Positions 1-9,084 of a stretch of 44,877 bases of DNA are shown in pieces. The notes under the pieces are model-generated. The model saw only the letters and a list, made by a program, of their open reading frames with translations. It was not told where the DNA came from and ran no database searches. The DNA is from a virus (Duplodnaviria > Caudoviricetes), in IMG/VR virus record IMGVR_UViG_3300048901_000305, positions 1 through 44,877 of that record; one strand, 5' to 3'. Position numbers and translations under genes: made by a program. Numbering within the stretch: the stretch's first letter is position 1; every line of letters begins with the position of its first letter.

Positions 1-97
1 ACTTCGCGCACGACAGCCCCCACTCGGGCGCCACCGGCCAGCGGAAGATTTCGGCGACGGCCGGGATGTCCACATCCAAGATGTGCCGAAGGTCAGC
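1..97. repeat. Terminal direct repeat, left copy (genome circularity)
   Basis: Identical to 44781-44877 except position 57 (A) vs 44837 (T). Confidence 0.97.
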
Positions 98-298
98 TCC
101 CGAAGCCTTGGGGTCTTCGAGCACCTTGGCGATCCCGACTCCCTCCCAGCGGAAGAGCCAGATAACGCGCGACAGGAAGATCCGGCCGCCCTCCTCCTTC
201 AAATCGCCCGCGAAGATCCAGCCACGATCAACCACCACCACCGCACGTTTGACCGCGCCTTGCTCCGGCACCTGCTGCACTACGATCTCGTCTATCAT
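1..298 (-). CDS. DUF6948-like small phage protein, 99 aa; wraps the circular junction (stop TGA at 44779-44781)
   Basis: AAAGGAG SD before ATG at 298; MIDEIVVQQVPEQGAVKRAVVVVDRGWIFAGDLKEEGGRIFLSRVIWLFRWEG...CAK*; not in the ORF track; immediately followed by the Gly-repeat gene, a pairing I recall from other phages. Confidence 0.75.
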   Translation of the reverse strand, partial: MIDEIVVQQVPEQGAVKRAVVVVDRGWIFAGDLKEEGGRIFLSRVIWLFRWEGVGIAKVLEDPKASGADLRHILDVDIPAVAEIFRWPVAPEWGLSCAK

Positions 299-360
299 GT
301 TGTCTCCTTTCCAGACGAGACGAGCCTACCCGCCTCCCCTTTTCCCCGCAACCGCTGGGT

Positions 361-377
361 TGCGCACCCGCTGCGCA
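361..377. promoter_or_regulatory. Operator-like motif TGCGCA-N5-TGCGCA, copy 1
   Basis: TGCGCACCCGCTGCGCA in the divergent intergenic gap; near-identical motif at 15274-15290. Confidence 0.45.
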
Positions 378-388
378 GGAGCGTGCAG

Positions 389-3300
389 GTGATCTCCGTC
401 TCGACGTCCGACGGCCTCGTCTCCATCGACTTCCCGGACGGCACCGACCCGGAGGTGATCCGCCAGGCCATGGCCCGAGCGAGGGCTCACCATCTGGGCG
501 GAACCGCCCCGGAACCGCCCCGGAATCGCCCCGGAACCGCCCCAGAAGCGGAAGGCCCCAAGGCCTCGCCGCCGATCGACCGGCCGGGGGACTCGGACTA
601 CACCCCGCCGGGCCCTCACCGCGACATGTCCCAGCTTGGGGCCGGGCTTCGGGCCGCCGGGGCGCGGCCGGCCGTGGGGCACGTCGACCTTCCCCCAGAC
701 CCCGGGGTAGCGGGGGCGCTCGCCGCCTCCGTCAGGACCAACTTGGGGACCCTCGCGGGCGGGCTGGCGGAAGCCTTCCGAGACCAGTTCCAGCCGGACC
801 CGGAGACCGCTAAGTTTCTCGCCGCCGAGGGCCAGAAAGAGCGGGACCGAGCGGCCGGTGTACGCCCGCGGCCTGTCCCCCCTGTCCACCAGGCGCTCGA
901 TGACCTGATCCCTCCTGGCCTCACCGAGGAGATCCGTCAGAGCGGCGAGCAGGGGCGCGCCGACTACCTGGTGAACCATCCCTCCGGTCTCGCGGCGGGA
1001 GTGCCGCTCGCCGCGGACCTCACCATGCAGCTTGCGCCGATGGCCGCTGAATACATGACCGGCCGCGCCGCCGTTGCTGGTACCGCACTCCGCGGCTTCG
1101 GGCGCGCGACCGCCCCCCTGGCTCCCCTCGGCGCCGCAGTGCGCGGCCTCGCCGGCGAAGGGGCAGGGCTCGGCATGAGGACGGCCCTGGGAGCCGCCGC
1201 CGGGGGCGTGGAGGGCGCTGCCGCCGGCTACGTCCAGAGCTACGGCGAGGACGAGGACAGCCGCCGGCACGCCGCCGTGCTGGGGGGCCTGCTTGGGACC
1301 GCTACCGGGGGGCTCGGCGCCGTGGGCCAGGCCCAGGCGGAGTTCCGGGCCCAGGACGTCGCCGAGCGGGTCGCCCAGAAAAAGGCCCAACTCCAGGCCG
1401 CCGGCGAGGAGGCGGCCCGTCTCCGCCAGATCCCGCCCGAACAGGTGGCGCCGCCAGAGGATCACGTCGCGGTCAAGGAAGCCTACCGCCAGCACCGACA
1501 GGAGATGGCCCAGGCCGCCCCCGACAACGTCTCGGCCGTGGACGCCACCTGGCACCCCGAGCTGAAGCGGCAGGCCGAGCTCCGGTTGGACCACGACCTC
1601 CACACCCTCGCCGATGAAACCGAGGCGGCCGCGGCTCCCCAGATGGAAGCTCCCCCGCCGGCGCCCTCGGACGCCTGGCTGGAGGCTCGCGGGATCGACC
1701 CCGCCGACTTCCCCTACCTCGATCCGCGGTCTCGGGCGCGCTGGCGCCGCGGTTTCGCCCTGGACCAGAGCGCTGCGCCGGATGCCGCCGCACCCCTTTC
1801 CTCGCCGGCGGCCATCGTCGTTGGCAACGTCCGCCGGAACCTCGGTCTCTTCCCGGGCGCGGACACCGGCGCCGCCTCCAACCCCTTCGCCAAGCCGCCG
1901 CGCCGGCCCTCCCCCCTCGACGGGCTGGTGCGGAGGGACCCAAACCCCCCGTCCGGGGCGGGCCTCCTCGACCGGGTGAAGGACGGCATGAGCGAGCTCT
2001 ACCTGGCGATGGTCAACAAGGAGCAAGGGCCGATCAATCTTTTGAATCGCGCGGGCCTGAAGGATCAGGCCGAGTTCCTGCGCCTTCTCCAGGGACGGGC
2101 CCGCGCCGCCTCGGAGATCGCTCGCGCCCCGCTCGCGCGCGGAATCTACCGCTTCGACCCCGCGACCGGCAACTCCACCCGGATCGACGACGGTTTCCAG
2201 TCGATCATGCACGGCTGGTCACCCGAGTTCCACCAGGACGTCGACGACTACCTCCTGGCGACCACCCACCTGGAGACGGTGAAGCGCCAGGCGGATGCTG
2301 TCGCCGAGTACGAGCAGGCCAAGGCCGACCGCGCCCAGACGATCCAGGATCTCCGCGACTCGGCCACCACCATGCGCCAGCTCACCAGGGACATGGGCGT
2401 GGACGCTCGGCGGGCGCTGGGTGAGCAGCTCCGGGCGGCGAGGGCCGAGGGTAGGGCGGCGGGTGAGGTGCCCGTCCGGGCGGCTCAGGCGCGCCAAGCG
2501 GGCCGCTCTGGGAGTTCCGGCCAAGTAGACGCGGCCCTTGACCTCGCCTTGAGCGCCGTGGGCCGGCAGAGCGCCGCCCAGGACCGGCTCGCGGCGGCCA
2601 CCCCGGCGGCTCGCTCCGCCTTCCAGGACGTCCTCGACACCGCCCAGGCCGCGGCGCTCCACGCCGAGAAGGCCGGCGCCGCTCGAGCCCGAGTGGCCGC
2701 CGCTGAGCGGACCCCGGACCTCAACCTCCAGGTGCGCGGCTCGCACCCCTTGACCCCCGAGGAGCTTGCCCGCCCCGACGCGGCCGAGCTCGAGATCCGC
2801 CGCGCCTCCACAGAAAGGGCGGAGCGGTTCCTCCAGGATGCCGCCGCCCGCTACGGTGCCGCGCCAGACCCGGGCCGCGCTTCCGGTCTCCACGTACAGG
2901 GTCTCACCGACGTTGCTGACCGCTTCCGGGATCTCCTCGACAAGGCGACCCTGGGCCCTCTCCAGGAGGTCGGCTACCTCTCGGCCGACGAGGTGGCGGC
3001 CATGCGCGGGAAGGGGCGGGAGTATGCCCCTCTCGCGCGGGTGATCGAGGACGTCGCCAGCAACCCCGACTTCGGCCCCTCCCGGCCCACTGGCAACGCC
3101 GCGGCTCCGGTCACCTACCGGTCGGGAGGCCTGCACCCCGACCATCAGGTGCTCCCCCCGGTGGAGGCGGCGCTCGAGCAGGTGCAGAGGATCGGCGCCT
3201 GGGCAGAGCGCCAGCGGGTGCGAAACCTGATGGGCGACTACGCCGAGAACTTCCCCGCGGTGGGCGCCGAGATCCAACGGGCCGCGCCGGGGCCGGGCGG

Positions 3301-5167
3301 CAGGCCAGCGGCTGGCACCTTCTCCGCCTACCGCGATGGCCAGAGGGTCGACTACAGCGCTCCGCCGGAAGTGCAGCGGGCCTTCGAGCTGCTCTCCCCG
3401 CGACAGGCCCGCGGCGTCCTCCGGGTGATCGACGACCTCTTCCGCTTCGGGGCACGCGGTCTACGCGCGGGCGCTACCACCTTCTCCCCCGAGTTCGCCG
3501 CCCGTAACGTCATCAAGGATCAGTGGGACGCCGTCGTAATGGGAACCAAGTACGGCTATCGTCCCCTCGTCGACTGGGTGATGGGCGGCTTGACGCGCCT
3601 CGCGCCCGAGGGATCGGCTCTGCACCAGCACTGGGTCGACTTCCAGAACCAGGGAGGCGGTGCCTCGATCCTGGTCTCGAAGGACCGGAACGCCGGCTTC
3701 CTCACTGCCCAGGATCTGACCGGCGAGGGGGGACGCTGGGGCGCCTTCAAGCGCCACGTCGCCCGCGAGCCCAACCTCTTCGCGAAAGTGGCCAGCCCCA
3801 TACTCTTCCCGCTCGAGCACCTCTCCGAGCTCTCCGAGCAGGCCACCCGGGTAGGTGCCTTCCGCCGAGCGCGGTTGAAGGGAGCGAACGAGCTGGAGGC
3901 CGGCGACTTCGCCCGGGAGGTGACGGTCGACTTCTCCCGCTCCGGGTACGTCGGCCAGCGCTGGAACGCCTACGAGGCTTTCGCCAACGCGGACCTCCAG
4001 GGGATGAACCGCTTCATGCGGGCGGTCAGGGAGAAGCCGGTCGCCACCCTCGCGCGCGGGTTCGCGATGATCACCCTCCCCTCGATCCTGAACTGGTACC
4101 GGTGGAAGGACGACCGGGACTTTAAGAACCTTCCCCAGTGGCAGAAGGAAACGTTCATGCCGGTGGCGAAGCTCCACAAGGACGATCTCTCGGTTAAGGC
4201 GATGGAGGCCGTGGGCCTGCACTTCGACGCCTCTCGCCCATTTATCCCGGTCCCTCGGCCCTTGGGCTTGGTGAACCTCGCCTTCAGTTATGGCATGCAC
4301 GCCTTTCTCGACTACGTGACCACCAAGGACCCGAGCGCGGTCCAGGGTCTGGTCGACGCCGTGATCGATCAGACCCCGGCGCACTTCGTCCTGCGCGGGC
4401 CTGATCAGAACATGGCTGATGGCGCCATGCCGGAGGTCAACCCCACCGACCTCCTGCCCTCCGCGGTGCAGCCGGCCATCGAGGCGGCCACGAACTACAG
4501 CCGCTTCCGTAACGCCCCGGTCGAGCCCCCCGGCTTCGCCCAGGGCGCCACCCCCGGCCAGGCTCGCCTCCCGGAGGATCGCGTCTCGCCGGTCACCTCT
4601 GGCGTGGCCCGCCACCTCGGGAGCGCCCTGGGCGTCAGCCCGCTCAAGCTCGACTACCTGGTGAAGAACTACGCCGGTGGGGGCGGCACCCTCGCCGTCT
4701 CGGCGGCCGACAAACTCCTGGGGCTGAACCGCGACAAGCCCGACCTCCCCACCCACGCAGCCGATGTCCCCCTCCTCCGCGGCTTCACCTCCTCGCCCAC
4801 CATCGGGATCGGGAGCGAGCCGGTGACCGAGATCTACAACCTCTCCCTCTCGGCGGCCCAGGCGGCCGGTTCGGCCCAGGAGGCGATGCAGGCCGGCAAT
4901 GTCGACCGGAGTAACCAGCTCCTGCAGCAGCACCCGGAGCTCCTGCTCGCCAAGGAGCTGCTCGACGACCGAAAGGAGCTGGCGAAGCTCGTGGCGCAGC
5001 GCAAGGAGTGGATGGCCTGGGGCGATCCCCGAAACCCTCTCGATGCCCAGACCCGCCAGGATATGATCATGCAGTTGGACCAGGCCATGACGGCCTTGGC
5101 ATCCTCGAAACTCGACATCTACAAGAGCCTGCTTGGGAGGCCCGTGAACGATGACGCAAAACGTTAA
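389..5167 (+). CDS. Giant internal virion/ejection protein with C-terminal LPD38-like domain
   Basis: About 1590 aa, Ala-rich and helical; C-terminal motifs AREVTVDFSRSG, FKNLPQWQK, IPVPRP; start moved from 83 to GTG 389 because of AGGAG at 377-381 and the opposite-strand gene at 1-298. Confidence 0.8.
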   Translation: MISVSTSDGLVSIDFPDGTDPEVIRQAMARARAHHLGGTAPEPPRNRPGTAPEAEGPKASPPIDRPGDSDYTPPGPHRDMSQLGAGLRAAGARPAVGHVDLPPDPGVAGALAASVRTNLGTLAGGLAEAFRDQFQPDPETAKFLAAEGQKERDRAAGVRPRPVPPVHQALDDLIPPGLTEEIRQSGEQGRADYLVNHPSGLAAGVPLAADLTMQLAPMAAEYMTGRAAVAGTALRGFGRATAPLAPLGAAVRGLAGEGAGLGMRTALGAAAGGVEGAAAGYVQSYGEDEDSRRHAAVLGGLLGTATGGLGAVGQAQAEFRAQDVAERVAQKKAQLQAAGEEAARLRQIPPEQVAPPEDHVAVKEAYRQHRQEMAQAAPDNVSAVDATWHPELKRQAELRLDHDLHTLADETEAAAAPQMEAPPPAPSDAWLEARGIDPADFPYLDPRSRARWRRGFALDQSAAPDAAAPLSSPAAIVVGNVRRNLGLFPGADTGAASNPFAKPPRRPSPLDGLVRRDPNPPSGAGLLDRVKDGMSELYLAMVNKEQGPINLLNRAGLKDQAEFLRLLQGRARAASEIARAPLARGIYRFDPATGNSTRIDDGFQSIMHGWSPEFHQDVDDYLLATTHLETVKRQADAVAEYEQAKADRAQTIQDLRDSATTMRQLTRDMGVDARRALGEQLRAARAEGRAAGEVPVRAAQARQAGRSGSSGQVDAALDLALSAVGRQSAAQDRLAAATPAARSAFQDVLDTAQAAALHAEKAGAARARVAAAERTPDLNLQVRGSHPLTPEELARPDAAELEIRRASTERAERFLQDAAARYGAAPDPGRASGLHVQGLTDVADRFRDLLDKATLGPLQEVGYLSADEVAAMRGKGREYAPLARVIEDVASNPDFGPSRPTGNAAAPVTYRSGGLHPDHQVLPPVEAALEQVQRIGAWAERQRVRNLMGDYAENFPAVGAEIQRAAPGPGGRPAAGTFSAYRDGQRVDYSAPPEVQRAFELLSPRQARGVLRVIDDLFRFGARGLRAGATTFSPEFAARNVIKDQWDAVVMGTKYGYRPLVDWVMGGLTRLAPEGSALHQHWVDFQNQGGGASILVSKDRNAGFLTAQDLTGEGGRWGAFKRHVAREPNLFAKVASPILFPLEHLSELSEQATRVGAFRRARLKGANELEAGDFAREVTVDFSRSGYVGQRWNAYEAFANADLQGMNRFMRAVREKPVATLARGFAMITLPSILNWYRWKDDRDFKNLPQWQKETFMPVAKLHKDDLSVKAMEAVGLHFDASRPFIPVPRPLGLVNLAFSYGMHAFLDYVTTKDPSAVQGLVDAVIDQTPAHFVLRGPDQNMADGAMPEVNPTDLLPSAVQPAIEAATNYSRFRNAPVEPPGFAQGATPGQARLPEDRVSPVTSGVARHLGSALGVSPLKLDYLVKNYAGGGGTLAVSAADKLLGLNRDKPDLPTHAADVPLLRGFTSSPTIGIGSEPVTEIYNLSLSAAQAAGSAQEAMQAGNVDRSNQLLQQHPELLLAKELLDDRKELAKLVAQRKEWMAWGDPRNPLDAQTRQDMIMQLDQAMTALASSKLDIYKSLLGRPVNDDAKR
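500..543. repeat. 4 x 11-bp tandem repeat GGAA(C/T)CGCCCC inside the giant gene
   Basis: Units at 500, 511, 522 and 533. Confidence 0.9.
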
Positions 5168-5441
5168 AGATCTTGTTGTTCCGGTCGCCATGGTTGGCGC
5201 GTTGCTCGCTCAGAGCTTCTACCTTGGCCGGGCCAGTCAGCGCCTCGACGCTGCGGTCGACAACGTCTCAAGGGTCGCCGTGGCCGCCGCGACCACCGAC
5301 AGAGAACTACTCGGCGTTCGCTCGCAGCTGTCCATACTCACCGACCGCATCGCTGCGATCAAAGAGGAGGGCGACCTCAACAAGGCTCGGTGGGAAAAGG
5401 ATCACTATCAACTTCTGGCGCACCGAGTGGTGCAGCCATAG
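5151..5441 (+). CDS. Membrane-anchored coiled-coil protein (possible lysis accessory)
   Basis: N-terminal hydrophobic segment LVVPVAMVGALLAQSFYLG followed by a heptad-like region. Confidence 0.6.
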   Translation: MTQNVKDLVVPVAMVGALLAQSFYLGRASQRLDAAVDNVSRVAVAAATTDRELLGVRSQLSILTDRIAAIKEEGDLNKARWEKDHYQLLAHRVVQP

Positions 5442-5458
5442 AAAGGAAAGGAAGATCC

Positions 5459-5689
5459 ATGCCCGACAACGACGGCGGTGTCGTCCTCAACTGCGCCTCC
5501 GGGTCATGCTGCCACCCGGCAGCAGCCAAGCAGGCTACCGCGAAGATTCTGTGCGAGCAGCTGGAGTGCGACGCGCAGGAAGCGGAGCGCATCATGTTCA
5601 AGATGTGGCAGGCGGGTCTCCGGTTCTACCCGGCCCGCATCGTCGAAGCCATCGCGGACTTCATCGATCACCCAAACCATAGGGAGTAA
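5459..5689 (+). CDS. Small Cys-containing hypothetical protein
   Basis: AAGGA-rich SD; MPDNDGGVVLNCASGSCCHP... Confidence 0.65.
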   Translation: MPDNDGGVVLNCASGSCCHPAAAKQATAKILCEQLECDAQEAERIMFKMWQAGLRFYPARIVEAIADFIDHPNHRE

Positions 5690-5698
5690 TACAAGGAG

Positions 5699-5890
5699 GT
5701 GCCCGTGGACACCAGTGCATTCGCCCAAGCCCTAGCGGCCTACCTCGCGAGCCCCGAAGGCCGCGCAGAGCTGAAGCCGTTCATCGATGCGGCTCTCGAA
5801 AAGGTTTCCAACCCGTTTGTTCGGGCGGCTCTGACGCTCTTCGTGGAGGCTGCGATCAGCGCGGAGCTCGCGAAGCTCAATCAGCAGTAG
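5699..5890 (+). CDS. Small helical hypothetical protein
   Basis: AAGGAGG SD; start 5699 or 5705; last gene before the hairpin. Confidence 0.65.
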   Translation: MPVDTSAFAQALAAYLASPEGRAELKPFIDAALEKVSNPFVRAALTLFVEAAISAELAKLNQQ

Positions 5891-5893
5891 GTG

Positions 5894-5926
5894 GCAACGG
5901 CCCCGGTGCGCTCGCGGGGCCGTTGC
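5894..5926. terminator. Hairpin between convergent late and early operons
   Basis: Perfect 12-bp stem GCAACGGCCCCG/CGGGGCCGTTGC; weak U tract. Confidence 0.65.
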
Positions 5927-5943
5927 TCGTCTCCCAAAAGATC

Positions 5944-6276
5944 TCACCGCTCGATCGCCAGCCACTGGCGACCCGCATCCCTTGCGGCGCAAAGCTCCTC
6001 GTATCCTTGATGATCGCAGTCATGGTGATTGAGAAGGTGATCTGCCGCATCCAGCAGGCAACCCAGGACATCTCTGGGAGGCCACGGCGCCGAGTCTGGC
6101 CGGGAAAGCAGCGCCGGTGCATCCAGGTAGGCGATGGCGTGGTCGAGCCGAATCAGGGTCGTCGCCCAGGGTTGGTAGACATCGCTCCGGTTCTGGTCCG
6201 CGAGGTGCGCGCGGATGATCTGGCGTGCCTCGACCAGGCCCTCCAGCACCACCTTGCGAGTCGCGTCACTGCTCAT
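5944..6276 (-). CDS. Hypothetical protein
   Basis: AGGAG SD; MSSDATRKVVLEGLVEARQ...HHDCDH. Confidence 0.65.
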   Translation of the reverse strand: MSSDATRKVVLEGLVEARQIIRAHLADQNRSDVYQPWATTLIRLDHAIAYLDAPALLSRPDSAPWPPRDVLGCLLDAADHLLNHHDCDHQGYEELCAARDAGRQWLAIER

Positions 6277-6742
6277 CGACTTCTCCTTTCTGCCGGGCCA
6301 GCTCGGCCGCCTGCTTTTCGTACACGGTGACGATCCGCCCCTCGTGCAGGCAGAGGGGCACCTCGCGGCTCTGCCAGCGATTCTCCTTCTTCTCCCAGGT
6401 CCAGATGGTGAGCCTGTTCCCCGCGAGGAGCCACGCCTTGGCGCGGTCCTCGTTGTCGATCTTGGCGAGGTGGGCCGAGAGCCCAGAGCGGGCGCAGACC
6501 TGGACGGCATGGACGCCGAGTCGGCCATCCAGTCCCAAGATGTCGGCGAAGCCCATGAAGTCGCGCTTGAAACCCTTGCCCCCGCGCTTGACGGTCTCGC
6601 CCCCAACCGCCGCCCGATCGAGAAAGGGACGCGCCTCCTCCTTCGCACCGGCGAAGGTCACCCACTGCTCGACCTTCTCCCAGACGCCGGCGGTCCGGAG
6701 CTTGGCGAGCGTGCGGGGGATGTGGGAGACGGCGGCGCTCAA
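6266..6742 (-). CDS. PD-(D/E)xK nuclease, Holliday-junction-resolvase-like
   Basis: TLAKLR...EKVEQW, RDFMGFADILGL, HAVQVC motifs; located downstream of the helicase. Confidence 0.65.
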   Translation of the reverse strand: MSAAVSHIPRTLAKLRTAGVWEKVEQWVTFAGAKEEARPFLDRAAVGGETVKRGGKGFKRDFMGFADILGLDGRLGVHAVQVCARSGLSAHLAKIDNEDRAKAWLLAGNRLTIWTWEKKENRWQSREVPLCLHEGRIVTVYEKQAAELARQKGEVDEQ

Positions 6743-6921
6743 ACGATCCCCCTTTCGAGGTGGCGCGTGAACCAGCGGAGGACGCCCTGTTTGGCCGTGC
6801 TCGCCTCCCGGCGCCGGTGCGCGCGGCGGTAGAGGGCGAGCTTCAGCATCGCGAGCCGTTGGCCTGTCAGGTCAAAATTTGGCTCGGTCAGGTCGAAGAT
6901 GTCGCGATCGTAGACGGTCAT
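6739..6921 (-). CDS. Small basic hypothetical protein
   Basis: ATGA/TTGA overlaps with both neighbours; GGAGG SD. Confidence 0.55.
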   Translation of the reverse strand: MTVYDRDIFDLTEPNFDLTGQRLAMLKLALYRRAHRRREASTAKQGVLRWFTRHLERGIV

Positions 6922-7175
6922 CGCCTCCCCCTCCTGCATTCGTCGCAGTCGTCCACTTCATGAACTGTCCCCGGCTGCCACTGCCACCGGGGGCCGTCTT
7001 TCGTCTGCACAACGGCCCTGCCGGCGCGCCGCGCGAGGGTGGCGTTCGGTTCTCGGCCGAGAACCTGCACGCGCAGCCGGCCATCCTCCTCCTCCGCGAG
7101 CACCCGGCAGGGGACGTGGTTGCCAGGGCCCAGCGACTCGCTGTACTGCACCAGGGCATGGGTCGGCCCGCTCAC
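6918..7175 (-). CDS. Small hypothetical protein (C-terminal CxxC)
   Basis: GTGA overlap with the upstream gene; VSGPTHALVQY...CDEC. Confidence 0.55.
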   Translation of the reverse strand: MSGPTHALVQYSESLGPGNHVPCRVLAEEEDGRLRVQVLGREPNATLARRAGRAVVQTKDGPRWQWQPGTVHEVDDCDECRRGRR

Positions 7176-7705
7176 GCGCTCGCCTTTCCTTTCAGTCGAG
7201 CTCGGAACTCCTCGACGAGCTGGTCCTCCAGGGCTGGGATGGGCTCGGGCTCGGCGCCGGGGATGGCCGGGCGGTGCTGAAGATCCCCCCCCATGAGTGC
7301 CATCAGGTGGCGCTCCATCATGGCCAGCAGCTCCGAGAGGGAGCGCCCGCTTGCCTCGGCGGCCAAGCCGAGGCGGCCGAGAACCGCGGGCGGGAGGGTG
7401 AAGGTCTCCCACTGCCCAGCCTCGTATTCGGAGAGCAGCTTCCCCAAGAACTTCTCGGGCGCGAGCTCTACGTCCTCGGCGTGCTTCTCGATCCTCCCTA
7501 CGAGGAGCGCGGGCAGGCTCAGCCGCCGGGTGCCGCGGTCCTTCCGCGGCTTCTTGTTGGCCGCGTTGCTCGCTGTCTCGGCGGCCTTCGCCACCTTGCT
7601 GGGGTCTACCACCGGCAGGGGTTGGCCCTCCATGTCTCGCTCCATCATCGGCTTCATCCATCCCGTCCTTTCTCTGCGGCGCCTCTCCAGGTCGCGCGCG
7701 CTCAT
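7172..7705 (-). CDS. Putative DNA-binding protein (tandem ribbon-helix-helix-like)
   Basis: Two strand-helix-helix-like repeats, RRLSLPALLVGRIEKHA and TFTLPPAVLGRLGLAAEASGRSLSELL. Confidence 0.55.
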   Translation of the reverse strand: MSARDLERRRRERTGWMKPMMERDMEGQPLPVVDPSKVAKAAETASNAANKKPRKDRGTRRLSLPALLVGRIEKHAEDVELAPEKFLGKLLSEYEAGQWETFTLPPAVLGRLGLAAEASGRSLSELLAMMERHLMALMGGDLQHRPAIPGAEPEPIPALEDQLVEEFRARLKGKASA

Positions 7706-9084
7706 TCGTAGCTCTTGGGCTTCCTCTTCGCCCGAGCAGCCGCGGCTTCCTCCTCCAGTTCCTGAGAGGAAGGCTCCCGGAAGCGCTGGAAGGCCCCCTG
7801 AAAGATGATCGGCACGCCACCGGTGTCGCCGCCGCGGTTCTTTGCCACCAGGATGCGCCCATGGTCGTTGAGGCGGGAGGGATCATCCTCCCGCGGCTCC
7901 CGATGGAGGAGGAGGGCCACGTGGGCGTCTTGCTCGAGCTCGCCGGTCTCCTTCAGGTCCGATAGGCGCGGGGCTCGGCCCTCCCGATCGACGGCGCGGG
8001 AAAACTGCGCCGCCAGGAGGATGGGAATCCCAAGCTCGTCCCCGAGCTCCAGGAATGCCTTGCAGGCGTCGCCCAGCTTCTGGTCGCCCCGGCGGTCTTT
8101 CCCCGGAGGCAGCTGGAGGAGGGTGAGGTAGTCGATGATGGCGAGGTCGACCGGGTGTTCCCCGGCGAGCCGGCGCAGCCGAGCGCAGATGTCGAAGGCG
8201 GTGAGCCTGCGGGTGGAGTCGATCCACATGGGCAGGCCCGACAGGCGCCGGCCGGCTGCCACCACCGCGCGCCACTGCGTGGCCGTGAGCTGCCGTAGCC
8301 TCAGGTCCGTCTTCCCCACTTCGCCGAAGTGGCAGAACATCCGCTCGACCAGGGCACCCGATCTGTCCTCCATTGTCTGGATGGCGACGCCGCGGCCGGC
8401 GAGGGCGTTGTGGAGGCCCATCTGAAGCGCCAGGGCGGTCTTCCCTGTGCCCGGTCGGCCGGCGATTACCACCAGCCACCCAGGGCCGAGGTTCCCCAGC
8501 TTGGCGTCGAGGCGCTGGAGGCCCGTGCTCACGAAGCCGCGAGGTGTCGCCTCCTCGCCCCCCTCCAGGGCCTCCCAGGTCTCGTACACCACCTCGGCGA
8601 GCGGGCGGTACCCACCCACGCCCGAGCCCCCCAACGCCCGCCGGGCGGTTTCCAGGGCGGCGGCCTGGCCCTCCACCACCTCGGGCAGGGGATCCCCCTC
8701 CAGGGCGGCGCGGATGAGGCCGTTGGCCTGCTGTATGAGCCGGCGGCGGGTCGCCCGCTCCTTGACGATTTCCACATAGGAGTCGACCCGCCCGAGGTCG
8801 GGGAGGTCGAGGTCGAGCTGGGCAAGGTAGGCGATGCCGCCCACCTGCTCCCAGGCGCCCCAGGCTTCGAGCTTCGCCTGGACGGTGCGGGCGTCGACCG
8901 TCGCTCCTTCCTGGCGCAGGGTGACCATGGCCGTGAAGAGGGCCTGGTGGCGCTCCAGGTAGAAGTCGTCGGGGGCGAGCCGGCGGCCGGCAGCGGCGAG
9001 CAGCTCGGGGTCGAGAAGGATGGCCCCAAGGACCGCACGCTCGCTCTCCTCGCTGTGGGGGAGGGTGCGCTGCTCAGTGAGCAT
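7702..9084 (-). CDS. dnaB: DnaB-like replicative helicase
   Basis: LPHSEESERAVLG N-terminus; Walker A GRPGTGKT; IIDYL; AQFSR; PRLSDLKETGELEQDA; KNRGG. Confidence 0.95.
   Translation of the reverse strand: MLTEQRTLPHSEESERAVLGAILLDPELLAAAGRRLAPDDFYLERHQALFTAMVTLRQEGATVDARTVQAKLEAWGAWEQVGGIAYLAQLDLDLPDLGRVDSYVEIVKERATRRRLIQQANGLIRAALEGDPLPEVVEGQAAALETARRALGGSGVGGYRPLAEVVYETWEALEGGEEATPRGFVSTGLQRLDAKLGNLGPGWLVVIAGRPGTGKTALALQMGLHNALAGRGVAIQTMEDRSGALVERMFCHFGEVGKTDLRLRQLTATQWRAVVAAGRRLSGLPMWIDSTRRLTAFDICARLRRLAGEHPVDLAIIDYLTLLQLPPGKDRRGDQKLGDACKAFLELGDELGIPILLAAQFSRAVDREGRAPRLSDLKETGELEQDAHVALLLHREPREDDPSRLNDHGRILVAKNRGGDTGGVPIIFQGAFQRFREPSSQELEEEAAAARAKRKPKSYE

Noticed and set aside
83-388. N-terminal 102 codons of the 1694-aa ORF
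   Set aside because: Shadow of the minus-strand gene at 1-298; a better SD and start exist at 389.
326-5191. Long antisense ORFs (628, 352, 576 aa; likewise 28794-30728, 30837-32360, 34238-35716)
   Set aside because: Expected shadows of GC-rich genes with strong third-position bias; no motifs or SD support.
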